A stretch of 64,000 bases of DNA from Octopus vulgaris (Eukaryota). Below, piece by piece: positions 13,781 through 59,257 of the stretch. Below the pieces are notes generated by a model. The model did no database searches. It was given only the letters and a program-made list of their open reading frames with translations, and had not been told where the DNA came from. How positions within the stretch are numbered: the stretch's first letter is position 1; the number at the start of each line of letters is the position of its first letter. The stretch spans positions 104,656,001 to 104,720,000 of the forward strand of contig OX597819.1 in assembly GCA_951406725.2 (NCBI GenBank), given 5' to 3'. The translations under genes and the position numbers were made by a program.

Positions 13781-16162
13781 GTCTGTGGGAAACTGCGATA
13801 TAGAAGAGAATAACCGAGAGAAAAACAATAAAGAAAAAATTCACCGTAACCAGGCAGCAGTATATAGAGACATGAGAGAAGTTGTGAAAATTACAGAAAC
13901 TCCTTCACGAGAAGACGAGTCATATTTTCATCCTGCAGGGCGTCCAACAATTACCCTCGTCCCCAAGCAAGCTTGGTAGTGTTGCCAGTTTAGTCACCGA
14001 AGAGCCGACCACGCAACAGCTTGTACTGAATTATGTTACCATTAGCGACATTATAATTGATAACATAAAAATGTTAAATTTTTCCCATTTTCAAGAGAAC
14101 TTGCTACTAGTTACGTTCAAAGTCTTCTTCGAAAAGTCATATATGAGTTTACATGAAAAGAAGCAATGCAGTCATTAATAGGACTTGAAATTAATACATA
14201 CAAACTTCAAAGTCATCTTATGAACATTTCTATTCACCACCGTAAGCATCAAAAGCAATAATGAAAGAATGCGGAAACGGAAACCTTCCACCGCTTTTGA
14301 ATAAGGTTTTTACTGATAGGTAATTGATTTTAATAGGCGCTTGACCCTTCGCAACATCCATTCCTATCTTCTGAAAATGATTTTTCGAAACCAGATATAT
14401 ATTCATGATGTGAATATGATCTGAATATTCACATATGATCTCAATATATATTCAGATATATATTTATGATGATTTTGTGTTAATCGTTTATACGTTTTTC
14501 TTCTTTGCATAATGTTTGTTAGTACTTTAATGATATTATCCGTTAAAACGGATTTCCACTCAGTAAGTCAGTACGGTGTCCTCTCTTCGGCAAAGTGTTC
14601 AATATATTTTCTAACGCCTTACATTTCCCAGTTAATGTTTAGACTAGATGAGTGTGATTTTACCAGTTGTTATTACCTTCCCAATGTTTAATTTTGCGTA
14701 ATGTCTACATTTCTTCGCTTATTGATATGTTTTCAGTCGTGTTCACGTTTTATTATTCGCATGCATACTACTTCCCAGAATTCCTCGAAATGTAAATTTA
14801 CTCTTTGATAGATAATGTGATTATACAAAAATTATAGTTACATTGATAAATCGATTGCTATATTGCATTTCGTTTATACTTTTTACGTATATCATTTAAC
14901 AATGTGTTATAATCAATTTGCTTTGAAAATAATAAACTCCCTCTTTCTTCACTAATGTATGTTGATATATTTGAAACTTAAAGATTTCTAACTCTGCAAT
15001 TTCATAGGGACGTTTTATTTCAGTATATCCAGCATATTGATCTTGAGGTTAACAGTGTAAATCAATGACTAAGTATTCACATACTTATTAGTTCTATCTC
15101 CACATCTCAATTACTACCACGAAGTTAGTGTTTACATATTATATATTAATGAAATAGGAACTATAAATTGCCTGATATAATTCACGATTTAAACACTTGG
15201 AAATGAAGTAGAACATTTTATATAGTCAATTCATTTATGTGTTCTCCAACAATAATAAACATATTCAAAACTTTAAAACTTCCATGCTTCCTGAGATTCG
15301 CCAACACTACACCTGATTTTCTCCCCTCTATACATACGCAAGCATGTATCTGACCCATACACTGTTCACTTCCCAGACATTTGTACATTACTGCATATGC
15401 TTTATACGCACTTTTGACAAGTTGTGGTGCACATGAGCACTGTATACAATAATTTCATTATTATTATATATTACACACATTTTGAGAAGTTTCACTTATT
15501 TTGTCACGTGAGTATTCTAATAAGAAAACAAACAGCAAAAATACCAGCGTAATGCTATTGTTTGTACATGCTTTAGTTATTAAGCAATAACCATAAAATC
15601 TTTCAGTGTCATACTAATGTCACATTATTGGTTTGCAAGGTGGACCAAAAGTATTTGAGAAAGTATAAAGATAATATGTATGTATTAAAGATATGTATGT
15701 ATTACATGTTCCAGCTTACTAAGAAGACAAACATGATATATTAGTATTTACTACAAAGCGAAGCTTTTTTCCGTGCAAAAGTTCTAAATATTCACCAATA
15801 AACATCTGCTGACACGTAAATTACAGTTTTTCATTAAACACTACAAAAGTTAAAGTCGTACAGGAAACATTGGCCTACTGTTAAATAGAAATATCAGAAA
15901 CAACACCATGCTACTCGAGCAATGACATCTAACATATGTATTACTGTAGCTTTGAAACATAGTAACTGTAGTTGGTAGAGAGAAGTGTGTTATTGAATTT
16001 AACGGCAGATATACAGAATACAAACCCGGCTTAAGGACTGAACCCTATATAGTTTTACATTATGTATATTTGAAACTTTTCAATTTACACACTTTGGCGT
16101 TGACTCTACGTTGTATATAATGTAGAGTCCCTACACTATGTAATATTGTGGTCTCTATATTA

Positions 16163-16252
<90 letters not shown>

Positions 16253-17089
16253 TCCCTATATGTATATCTGATACTTTTGTATTTGCACACTTTGGCCTTA
16301 ACCCCCACATACAGCAACATCAAATAACGATGCAAAATTCTTTACCGACTATCCCTATTTGAAGAAGATTGCAAAATAACACATACACATGGATAATTCT
16401 TTCAAAATTCAATTTTATTTTATAGGAAATTTATTTGAGTGCTATAACCTTCAAGATTGATTGCAAATTGAAATAAGACCTGTAAAAAGAATGGAAAAAT
16501 ATATCTATAAACATTTCTTTTGAAGAGTGATTTAAAATAGAGATGGTATATTTATCTTATGTAATTCAGTATTATCTATTAATGCGACTTTGGTAATGAT
16601 ATTGCAAAATGTGATGTTTTAGTTCACAATGGAATTTTATCTACTTTTACAGTGGTTCTGTTAAACACTTAGTTTAATATCACTATTTGTTTCACGGTGT
16701 TGTCCGCTTTCTGATTATGAAACTTAAATCATATCGTATTATACCTACGTGAAGCGCTGCAAGTAATAATAATGGCAATCACTATGTAAATGCCATGTTA
16801 CCACATGAGTAACGACATTGTATATTATATTGATATCCTACTTACATCTCTTGCTATCATTTCATTAGTGTTAGTATTGCCACATAGCTGTGTAGGATGG
16901 AAACCACATTACAATAAAATATTAAATATATATTGCATGTATCCTATGTTTATTAACGGAGCGGTATTATAGTTGTGAACAGGCACACTGTGGAGATATC
17001 ACTCATATATCCCATGCTATATCATTGACATTATATTGCTATTTGAGAAAACACCATGAGTTCACTGAAACTGAGCAGAAGGGAGCTAC

Positions 17090-17550
17090 TGCCCTCACCG
17101 TCACTCCAAATTTTAAGGGATACATAAAGTAAAAATGAGGACTACAATAGTGTGCTCAGTCTATGCCTCGGATATTGCTGCTGTTATATTCGAATACAAA
17201 TATTCGAGTATTGACATTAAATCACCCACATACAAAAGGTTTTCTCTCCCTGCCTTTTCTAAAGCTGTTATCACAGCTTCAAACTCTTGGAGATGTTTAG
17301 TCTCGTATCTATTCCATTTGGGCTTTCCTGGATCTCTTGCCTCTCCACCTCCCATTACCTTTGTGTCTGGTTCACACAGCAGCATCATGCCCAATCGTTC
17401 TTCCTCAGAACATAGCCCATTGGGAATCTCCTCCCTGCTCATCTCTTTCCTGCAGGAATTGAACTCCAGCCATTTAAATGGAACCCCAACTGCATCAAAC
17501 TCACTTTGTATGGAGGGACTGCAAAAGTCATATCTTCAACACCCACCAAT
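17090..17550 (-). mobile_element. Degenerate LINE 3' fragment
   Basis: RLGMMLLCEPDTKVMGGGEARDPGKPKW resembles the RTE/L2 C-terminal G.R.RGRP..W motif. Confidence 0.4.
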
Positions 17551-17634
17551 TTAAAAAGATGTTATGATGAAGTACAAGCAATATGCAATTGATAATACGA
17601 TTTGATGAATTAATGTTAGAAATATAGAACTTAC

Positions 17635-17679
17635 CTCAGTAGTACTTCTAGTATTTTCAACCTCCAGGTATATATCACC
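17635..17679 (-). other. Orphan 45-nt exon candidate
   Basis: Strong splice signals ctttcttttcag|GGTGAT...ACTGAG|gtaagt; not a Cys module; parent transcript unknown. Confidence 0.4.
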
Positions 17680-19276
17680 CTGAAAAGAAAGTTGTTATAT
17701 TGTGAAAGTAAAACTTATTACACACTTTAAACCTAATATATCATTACGAATATATTCACATCAAATATGTCCCCATCCAATTAATCTGAATTCTATCAAT
17801 TCGCCACAATATGAAAGAGCACCATAGAAGATTGTGAAACAGGAGAAAGCCACGATTCTAACAGTCATGATTAGTTTAGTTATATGGTATAATATGTTAT
17901 TAGATTTTGACGATACGTTATAACTTAATTGAATTTGACAGTAAGTATAGATAAATTGAGATTACAGTTAAGTTCCAGGCATAGTTAATATTTTCGCAGT
18001 CTCAGTTATTCTTTAAATTTCATGGATTAAGTACTAATAAAATAATTGTAATTTTAATAAAATTACTAATGTCAATTATACTAACTTAATTACAACAATA
18101 TCATATAGTGGGGTTTCATATCAACTCACGACTCGATAATCGATTAATAAACTCTAGGGATATGATGAGCCAACATCACTACTGCAAGGAGTGTTTTCAA
18201 CACTCCATTGTTTTCTAAAATACTGATTTCAGAAATAACCATAATAATTATTTTTAGTATAGAGTAGCTCTGAATTAAGGGGTTGCCTTTGATGAATGGT
18301 ATACTGGCCCCTAGTTAAGCGGAGTGGATGTTTCTTACTTAGCTGGAGAGAAAAAGTAAATGAGGATATGCTCTCAATATGCCCCCAATCGATGTATCAT
18401 TTCGAAAATTATTTCACCAGCCAGGGCGGATAACATTTTCGGACGAAACAGCTTCGTTTTCAACAATCTAACTGAAAGAAATCAGCTGTGCTGAGAAATA
18501 AAGGATTTTCTCATTGAAATAAACAAGTAATTGAAATGAACAAACAAAGGGTAAGTAAGAAATAGCTCACTGAAATAAACAAGCAAAAAGTTACTATATA
18601 CCGCAATAATATCAACCCAGATGAACAAAATCTACTATATTCGTCTGAATGTGATAAATGACCTGGAAAATCATCGAAAGGAGAGATTCTTGGAAGATAG
18701 ACCAACTATCATATGGCATGCAAAAACACTGGAGGATCACAGACCAGGAAAAAACCTACTCCCCTGTAGTAGAAAGAAAAATAGGCATACAAGTGTGGTA
18801 GCGTTCATACTCAACATATCCATCAAGGCCATTTTAACAGGATGTCAACGAGTCTTATACATAATCATGAACATCCTATTGCAGGTTGAAGACAGATTCC
18901 TTGGTCATTGCAGTTTCTTTACTTCGTATGATGTCTCACACTTTCGAATTATATGTACAAATTCTAATTGATGCAAGTCAGTAAAGTTGTGTTTGTGATA
19001 GTTGTGCTCACGCCGTACTGTTGGGGTGTATGACTTCAATACGGAACATATATAAATAGAATAGCAAGAAAGTAACCACTACAATAAGATTAAAGCTGTA
19101 ATTCTAACCTTTTTTGAAAATACATATATATGTTTTATTCTAACTTAGTTCGCACATGGTTGTGTACGTATTTATGGAAATTAAAGTGAGTGTAATGCAA
19201 AACTCCAATGATAAACAAAGTTCAAATCCTCAAAGAATGTTTCATATTCCCAATGGGTACCGTTCAGCTAGTGTAA

Positions 19277-51400
<32,124 letters not shown>

Positions 51401-51622
51401 CTGCAACATATTCAAATTTGACATCATTTATTCTATCCTAAAAGATTTTGACATCCTTACATAAAACAACATAAATTCAAACATTTAAATGTGGACGCAA
51501 TATGTGTTATTTTTCGCCATACATATTACGTGGTTTGACGAAATAGAATTGTAGCAAACGATGGTGGTAGTTCACTTAGATTGATACAAATATAGTGACA
51601 ATTATCACAATATTGTATTAGA

Positions 51623-51842
51623 AATAATCCTTTCTACTATAGGCACACGGCCTGAAATATTTGGGATGGCGGGGCAGTCGATTAGATCGGCCCCAGTTCA
51701 CAATTAGTACTTAATTTAGCGGACCGGAAAGGAAGAGAGGCAAAGTCGAGATCGGTGGACTTTGAACTCTGAACGCAAAGATAAACGAAATACCGTTAAA
51801 TATTTCGCCCGGCGCGCTAACGATTCTGCCAGCTGGGCGCCT
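51623..51842 (-). mobile_element. tRNA-derived SINE, family 3 (Nin/Deu-like core)
   Basis: gagttcaaa..ccgag.tcgactttgcctt..ctttc.gg.tc.ataa.taagtac core; other copies near 20285-20500(-), 32630-32855(-), 33840-34028(+), 48835-49010(+), 55077-55287(+). Confidence 0.7.
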
Positions 51843-52023
51843 TAATTGTATTGGAAATAAAGACATAATTAAATAATTATATTTTAATCACCATTTCACA
51901 TTCATGGTGTAGTTTTTTAACCATCATCAACTTAAACCTCCGCCTAGTGTAATTGACATGAGAATAAATTCAACTCTCTTCCTATGCTGACTTCTATTAA
52001 CAACATGCTTAACTTTTCGTGGG

Positions 52024-52064
<41 letters not shown>

Positions 52065-52159
52065 TAAACTAAACAAGAAAACACAGAAAAAAACACAGCA
52101 ACGCGAGGACGTGGAACAATTAAAGTATTATTTGACGCTCAGGAAAGAAGGGAAGGAGG

Positions 52160-52194
52160 GTTTAACGTTTCGAGCGGAGCTCTTCGTCGGAAAC
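52160..52194 (-). ncRNA. Minimal type I hammerhead ribozyme motif (CCGACGA core variant)
   Basis: GTTT-CCGACGA-a-GAGC(TCC)GCTC-GAAACGT-T-AAAC with palindromic AACGTT stem III. Confidence 0.65.
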
Positions 52195-52664
52195 AAGGAG
52201 AAGGAAAGATCCCGAGAAGGGAAGACAGAGGTAAAAAATATTTTTGCTGGTGGTGCTCAAGAGATCACATGTTGAAAGAACAGAAATATTATAGGAGGAC
52301 AACAAGCACTAAGGCGAGGGATACATCTCAAGTCATATACTTTATTAGAAATAAATTCAAAGTCTGACAGCTGCTTCTGTTTTGTGAAGTTTAAGCTTAG
52401 AGAATTAACGCCAGATATGTTCAAATGCCTAATATTCGTTAAAGGGCTTGTGGCAACGGAGGTCGCGGAACAAGAAAAAGAATATTATCAACGCTGAATC
52501 AAGATGTTAAACTAACCTTGCAGAATGTAACTGAGTATGTTATATGCTGTCTTCAAAGACAAATAGGGAAAATAAGAAGGGTATAGATTAATGAAATGAC
52601 GACATAGAGGGCAGAAATAAAGGAATAAGGAGATGAAGAAAGAGAAGAAAAAAGTATAAACGTT

Positions 52665-53428
52665 CACTGTTCAAATTTCCGATCTTGTAGATATAAGTCC
52701 ATGAGTCCTTATATCTACAAGATCGGATATAAGCCCATAAGTCCTTAGGTATAATCCTGTGTAAATCCATGTGGGTTAAAGTCCTGATATTGTAAACATC
52801 GAGAAAAAAAACGCGAACATATCAACGTTCAATAACAGAATGGTAACGGGAGTGGCTATTAAGCGGTAAAATGAAAGAAAAGTATATAAATAGAAAGGGA
52901 TGTAGATAGAGTGAGGGGGAAGTAAAGGGATAATGTAAGGTATATAAAAATATAGTATCTAAGAGTATAGTGTACAAAGATAGCCAAGAAGATAAGAGAA
53001 AGGAGAGGAAAAGAAAGATAACGTAAAAAAACAACAACAAAATAAACAAAATAGGGTAGAATGAAAGGAATTTTAAAAAGAATAATAGGTGCTAGTAATA
53101 TTCTTCTAGTCTTGAGGGGTTGAGGGAGGAAATCTAGTTGTAAATACTTGTGTCCCTTCTGGCTAAGATCAGTGGATGTAGAGTTATTTTTAGCAATGGG
53201 GTTACGGGTGTGTAGGTAGCCGTGGATGGAGAAACTAGTTGAATGTTAAATTATTTAGGAGTACATTATTTACATTATATGCATTGTTTACATTTGACGT
53301 ATATTTGTCCTCATCTTGTTTGCTGTTAACACAACGTTTCGGCTGATATACTCCCCAGCCTTCATCTGGTGTCTTGGGGAGATTTCGAACCTAGGTTCTC
53401 ATTCCTAATAATAATAATAATAATAATC

Positions 53429-53468
<40 letters not shown>

Positions 53469-54371
53469 TAACATCGAAAAATACGTTAGGAATGAGAACC
53501 CAGGTTCGAGATTTCCTCCAAGACACCTGGTGAAGTTTGGAGGGTATATCAGCCGAAACGTTGTGTTAACAACAAACAAGATGAGGACTAATATTCGTCA
53601 AATGTAAATAATGTAAATTATGTAAATAACGTAAATAATGTAAATAATGTACATAATTCCTCATCTCTTAAATATAGAACTGTATTTAGGAGTAGGTTGA
53701 AGAATTAAATATAAGGGGATTTATTAGGTTAATCGTTAAAAATAAATTAAAGAATTATAAAGTGATGAGGTAAGGTTGATAGAAGAGATATTGATGGGTA
53801 TGTGTTAATGATCATGGAAGTTTGCAATGTGGGTGTTATTCGTGGGGGTGAATTTACAACTAGATTTATGAAAGAATTTAAAAGTGTGGAAGGATTTGTG
53901 TTTACACATTGTGAAGGCTTCGTTGTGCTTATTAGGCAATTGTAGTGAGTTATAGGTTAATATTTCGAGGGCTTCTTTTAAGCAGAGTCCACAAATGGAA
54001 TGCTGGCCCTGATATGGGATACCAGTGTCTATTATATCCCAGGAAAATCTATATAGTATTTTTCTATTAATTAGATGGTGTATGTGGCCAGCTAGTGATG
54101 TGGAATTGCTATTCTCTTTATATTTAAACGAGTTTAAATGTACATAATATCTTTGTTTAAACATTTGTGATAGATCGAATGTTAGGAGCTATCGGATTTA
54201 TTTACTATGTTGTGGACGGTGCAATGGTATACGGCGTTGGATCTGCTGCAATGGGCTTGTAGCGAGTGGTCTGTCCCAGATCTGCAGTTGCAGCTATCAG
54301 TTGTACAATGGCTAATTAGATAGAGAGATGAGGTAGTGCTGGTAATGGCTATGGTAGTATTAGGTGAATCG
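52665..54371 (-). mobile_element. Penelope-like element 3' part (GIY-YIG C-terminus + UTR), left arm of an inverted pair
   Basis: FKQRYYVHLNSFKY..STSLAGHI..FSWDII..PY..ICGLCLKE..LPNKHNE..CKH; reverse complement matches 59258-60475. Confidence 0.8.
53262..53682. mobile_element. Inverted-repeat insertion with hammerhead motifs in both arms around (AAT)n
   Basis: Arms ~53262-53408 / 53486-53660; consensus GACAC-CTGATGA-aGGCTG..CAGCC-GAAACGT-T-GTGTT; absent from the paralogous arm at ~59930. Confidence 0.7.
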
Positions 54372-54410
54372 TTCCACTAACACTTGTACCACAAACGCTA
54401 CTACTAATAG

Positions 54411-57400
54411 TGTTTTGTGGTAGTAGAACACCCCATTTTTGTTGACTCCTAATGTACTGTGCCTCAATATAAATGGACATGCGCAGAGAGAGTTGGTGGG
54501 GAGGGAGTCGGTGAGCTGTGTAAAGCCGAGAGTTGCGTATTGTCGAGTGTAATTACAAGTATTGTGTATCTTAGATAGAACAATTTGCGAGGGCATTACT
54601 TATTATCCCGTTATATCGTACGTCGAACGTGCGATACAACAGTGGCAACACGGATTCGGACAATATCGCCGCTGATACAACAGTGACGTCGAGGTTTCGA
54701 ACAGTACCGATGATTCGAACTATAGTGAAACTGGAAGTAGTACCGAAATGGATGAGTTACTGAAAGCAGACGTAAAACAAGATCAGCAGTGGTAACTTCA
54801 GTAGTTAACAGAGTTGTTACTGAAGTCGAGAAATACGACAGAATCATTTTTAGCGGATGGTGTTGCAAACTCCATCGAAGAATTTCATTACAAACCGGTT
54901 GAAGGAACTACCTTTATCGCGTATTACAGACGATACGAGGACATATTCAGAGAGGAATGCAAGGGATGGTCTAGTGAAAATCTGCGAAAACTGCCCCTCC
55001 GGAACACGAATGTTTTTGTAACTTTATTTTGCCGGGAAAACCCGCGGGCTCATGATTTGATGAAATGATATTTTGACGTTAGCACACCGGGCGAAATGCT
55101 TAGCGGTATTGCGTCTGTCGTTGCGTTCTGAGTTCAAATTTCGCCGAGGTCGACTTTGCCTTTCATGCTTTCGGGGTCGATAAATTAAGTACCAGTTACG
55201 CACTGGGGTCTATGTAATCGACTTAATCCGTTTGTCTGTCCTTGTTTGTTCCCTCTATGTTTAGCCCCTTGTGGGCAATAAAGAAACAGATATTTTGAAT
55301 AATATTTTTAGTGAAAAAGGTTTGCTGTTTAACAATCGGTGGAAATGATTAAATTTAAAGAAGAATGAGTCCGACGACTTTTTAACATTTGGCAGTATTG
55401 TTAATAAGGCTTCTGAAATGTTTAAGCTCAGAGAATTAACACCAGATATTTTCAAATGCCTTTTAGGGTCGACGCGATAAAAAATATGCCTCCTCCCACT
55501 AACAAAATAACATTACAAGTATTTTTAGGTCTGATAAGTTATTACCAGCTGTACATACATAAAATGTATGATCTAAGAGCTCTGTTGAATAATTTATTAA
55601 AGAAAGACACGAAATGTGACAGGACAAACGAATGTGAGAAAGCATTCGAAGAATTAAAAAAGAGGTTAACATCGGAGTTGTCATTAACTCATTTTGACCC
55701 AAACCTGAAAATAATTGTGGTATCGGATGTCAGTGAATATGATATAGGAGCTGTGATATTGCATAAATTTAATGATAATAAAATCAAAGCTATTGCACAT
55801 GCATCAAGAATTCTCCTAGCAGCAGAAAAAACTACTGCCAGATCGAAAATGAAGCTTTTTCGCAGTAAAGAAATTCCATAAATTCCTACACGCTAAGAAG
55901 TTTACACTGCAAACTGATCACCGGCCATTACTGTCTATTTTCGGCTCGAAAAAGGGTATTCCTACATATTCAGTAAACCGTTTACTGAGTTGGGGGACTA
56001 CCCTGTTGAACAATGCTTTTCAGATGGAGTTTTTCTCATCAAAGAAAATGGGACACTGACGGCTTGTCTAGGCTAATTCCAAAATTAAGGAACCTTTTGA
56101 AGATACGGTGTTTGCATCGTTAAAACTAGAAATGGAACTGAAGAATATTTTGTGCAATGTAGTACGTGATTTGCCTGTAACGCTAGAAGAAATTAAATTA
56201 AAATCGGAAAAAGACATATTCATAAACAAGATAAAAGTATATTGTTGGAAATATATAAAAGAGTGGAACCCAGTCTCAAAGTATTATTCAGTATGTGATG
56301 ATGTGTTATTATATGCACAAAGGGTGGTAATACCTGAAGCACTGCAAAACAATAAATACTGAAAGACTTCCATGCAGGACATCCGGGGTTTGCCCGGATG
56401 AAAAGCCTCATGAGGAGTTACGTGTATTGGACGAATATGGACAAACAAATTGAGAGACTGGTAAAACAATGTAGGGCATACGCTATGTCAGTAAAGGTAC
56501 CCCAGTGCAGATACAGCCGTGGTCAAAAACGGATTCAGCATGGACTTTTCAGGGCTAATAAAGAGATTCAGCATGTGGATTTTTCAGGGCCAATAAATGG
56601 CTCTTATTATATCATCGTGGTGGATAGCTATTCGAAATGGCATGAAGTGTGTAAATGTTCAAAGCCAAACACAAATGTGTCTATTGACTTCTTGGAAGAA
56701 TTGTTCGCTCGTTATGGAGTGCAAGATACGATCGTGTCAGATAATGGCACAAAATTCACGGCGAAGGTGTTCGAAAAATTCTGTAAGTCAATCCAGATGA
56801 AACATGTGTTAACTCCGCCATACCATCCAGGGTCAAATGCGTTAGTGGAAAGATTCGTCGACACATTAAGGAGAGCCTTAAGGAAGACCAGACGGTAAAC
56901 TTTTGAAGATAGGAAAATGACAAAGTTCTTACAAATGTACAGAATAACACTGAATCCAAATACAGATTCGGGTAGGTCATCCTCAGATTTGATGTTCTCC
57001 AGAGAGATTCGTTCTGTGTTTGACAAACTGTCGCTGAGTAGGAAACGGAAAATACAAAATTCGGGAAGTAGAACGAAATATTTTAGCACAGGTGATGAGG
57101 TGTAATTTAAAATATATAAAAACGGAAAACAGGACTGGGAACAAGGTAATATAACTGAAAGTCTGGATAATGTAATGTACATGGTAAAGGACTAAATTAC
57201 AAACATAAAAGGCATTTTATTCTATTAAAGAAAGGATATACCAAAAATCAAGAAAGGCGAGATGAACGAGTGGATATATGGTATGACATGTCCCAGGTCC
57301 CATACCACAAGTGAATGCAGAATCGACACGTAGGTCGACCAAGAAAAGAAAGCATACAGACATGAAGGGAAAAAGAGAAAGACATATACCAGTTTCTCAC

Positions 57401-58707
57401 CAAGGAAATAAAATTATGATAGAAATCTCTCTATATATATAAACGGCAGTTTGTCTGTCTGTGTGTCTGTGTGTCTGTCAGGTTGTACCCTCACCCTGAC
57501 CACGGCTTTCAACCGATTCTGATGAAACTTGACATACACATAGCCCAATGTCATAATTCAAAACTAAGGCAGAGAAAATTTTGAAAAGTTCTCCCAGTTC
57601 TGAAAAGAATTGATAAATTCGACATGGGGTCGAGAATCTAAGCTTTTTATTTGCAACACATTTTCTGTTGTAGTTTTCGCAACTTGCAATCGATTTTCAC
57701 CAAACTCATGGTGAAGCTTAATGTTACCCTAACAAACTTAATTCTGACGTTAGTTTTCCATGCAATACCTTACCATCAGAAAAAATCGATAAAATCATGC
57801 CATTTTGGGAAATCGCGTTCAAATTCAAGATGACATATTTTCGACAATATCTTTCACAAATTGGCAGGAAATTTTTTTTTAATTCACAGCGAGCATCATG
57901 TCTGCTCCAAGGAGCTAATATGGCCCTTTTTATTCCAATAGGATACTTTATTACTGGAAAAAATCGGTTAATTAAATCATATGTGGCACACATAGCAAAC
58001 CGATTTGTGTATTAAACACAAACCACAGACTGTCTAGGGGACGCAACTCGACCTTTTTAACTCTCGGAACACGTGGGGTAAGTATCCCAAAATGCATAAA
58101 AATGTACAAAAACGGCAAAAAGCGGGCAGCAATGTGAGTGACAACAACGAAAAAGTCAAAAGTGACCAAACTGAACAAACGAATGGAAAAGGTTTTTTGG
58201 TGCACACGACAAAAGCGGTTTATAATAAACCAAGAGTTTGCAAGCAGCGTCCGAGGACCCTTAGGGTACGTCAAAAATTTAAGGAAAAACGTTTGGGGTG
58301 GTAGTTATAAAGAAAGTTTAAACAAAAAAGTTTTCGAATAACTTGCGGCTGCAGCAGCTATTACCAGAAGTGGCGGTGTTGGGGGTAAAGTCTCGAATGT
58401 AATTTCTTCCTGGTAGGAATTGGTTGGGTTGAATTATCGATAGCTGTTTGATAGTTATTTGGGAGTGAAGAGAAAGACATTGCAACCTACACATGCGCCT
58501 TCGTTCCCTAGAGGGAAAGGACTAGATTGGGATTAGTCGTTGCCTACTAGGGGCTCTTACATACCCGGGCAACGTCGGGCTATGCTGCTAGTAAAAGACT
58601 AAAAGAAGACAAAACCAATCTCAAAAGAGGGAGCTGTTGTGTGGAAGTAGAACACCCTTTGTTGGTTGGCTCCTAACGGACTGTGCCACAATATAAATGG
58701 ATATGCG

Positions 58708-58754
<47 letters not shown>

Positions 58755-58941
58755 AAGACAGAGAGAGAGAAAGACAGAGAGAGAGAAAGACAGAGAGAGA
58801 GTGAGGGAGAGTCGGTGAGCTGTGTAAAGCCGAGAGTTGCGTATTGTCAAGTGTAATTACAAGTATTGTGTATCTTAAGTAGAACGATTTGTGAGGACGT
58901 TATTATCCCGTTATATCGCATGTGGAAAGTGCGGTACAACA
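54411..58941 (+). mobile_element. Gypsy/Ty3 LTR retrotransposon with both LTRs, internally deleted and decayed
   Basis: LTRs 54411-54641 and 58635-58941 (TG...CA); 5-bp TSD AATAG (54406-10, 58942-46); PBS-like tggcaacacgg; PPT aaaagagggagc; RNase H (SDVSEYDIGAVI), integrase (HVDFSGP, VVDSYSKW, IVSDNGTKF, PYHPGSN..VERFV). Confidence 0.93.
57426..58591 (+). mobile_element. Non-autonomous Helitron-type element nested in the Gypsy element
   Basis: 5' TCTCTCTATATATATAAACGGCAGTTTGTCTGTC; 3' cccgggcaacgtcggg hairpin + CTAG followed by T; a matching 5' fragment lies at ~2835-2875(-). Confidence 0.8.
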
Positions 58942-59084
58942 AATAGTTGCAATAACATCAATAATACCACCTCCACTACCACTGCTAATACCAACACTAC
59001 TACCAATAGTGCTACACTGCTGCGGCTCTTACTACTACTACTACTACTACTTACTACTACTACTACTACTACAACTACTACTAC

Positions 59085-59135
<51 letters not shown>

Positions 59136-59257
59136 CAGCAATAATTTATAATTATAATAGTGATGCCGATAACGATAGTGACTATAATAATAATAGTAAC
59201 GATGGTGTTGATATTGATACTAAAAACAACGGCTATAATAACAGCAATATCACGAGC

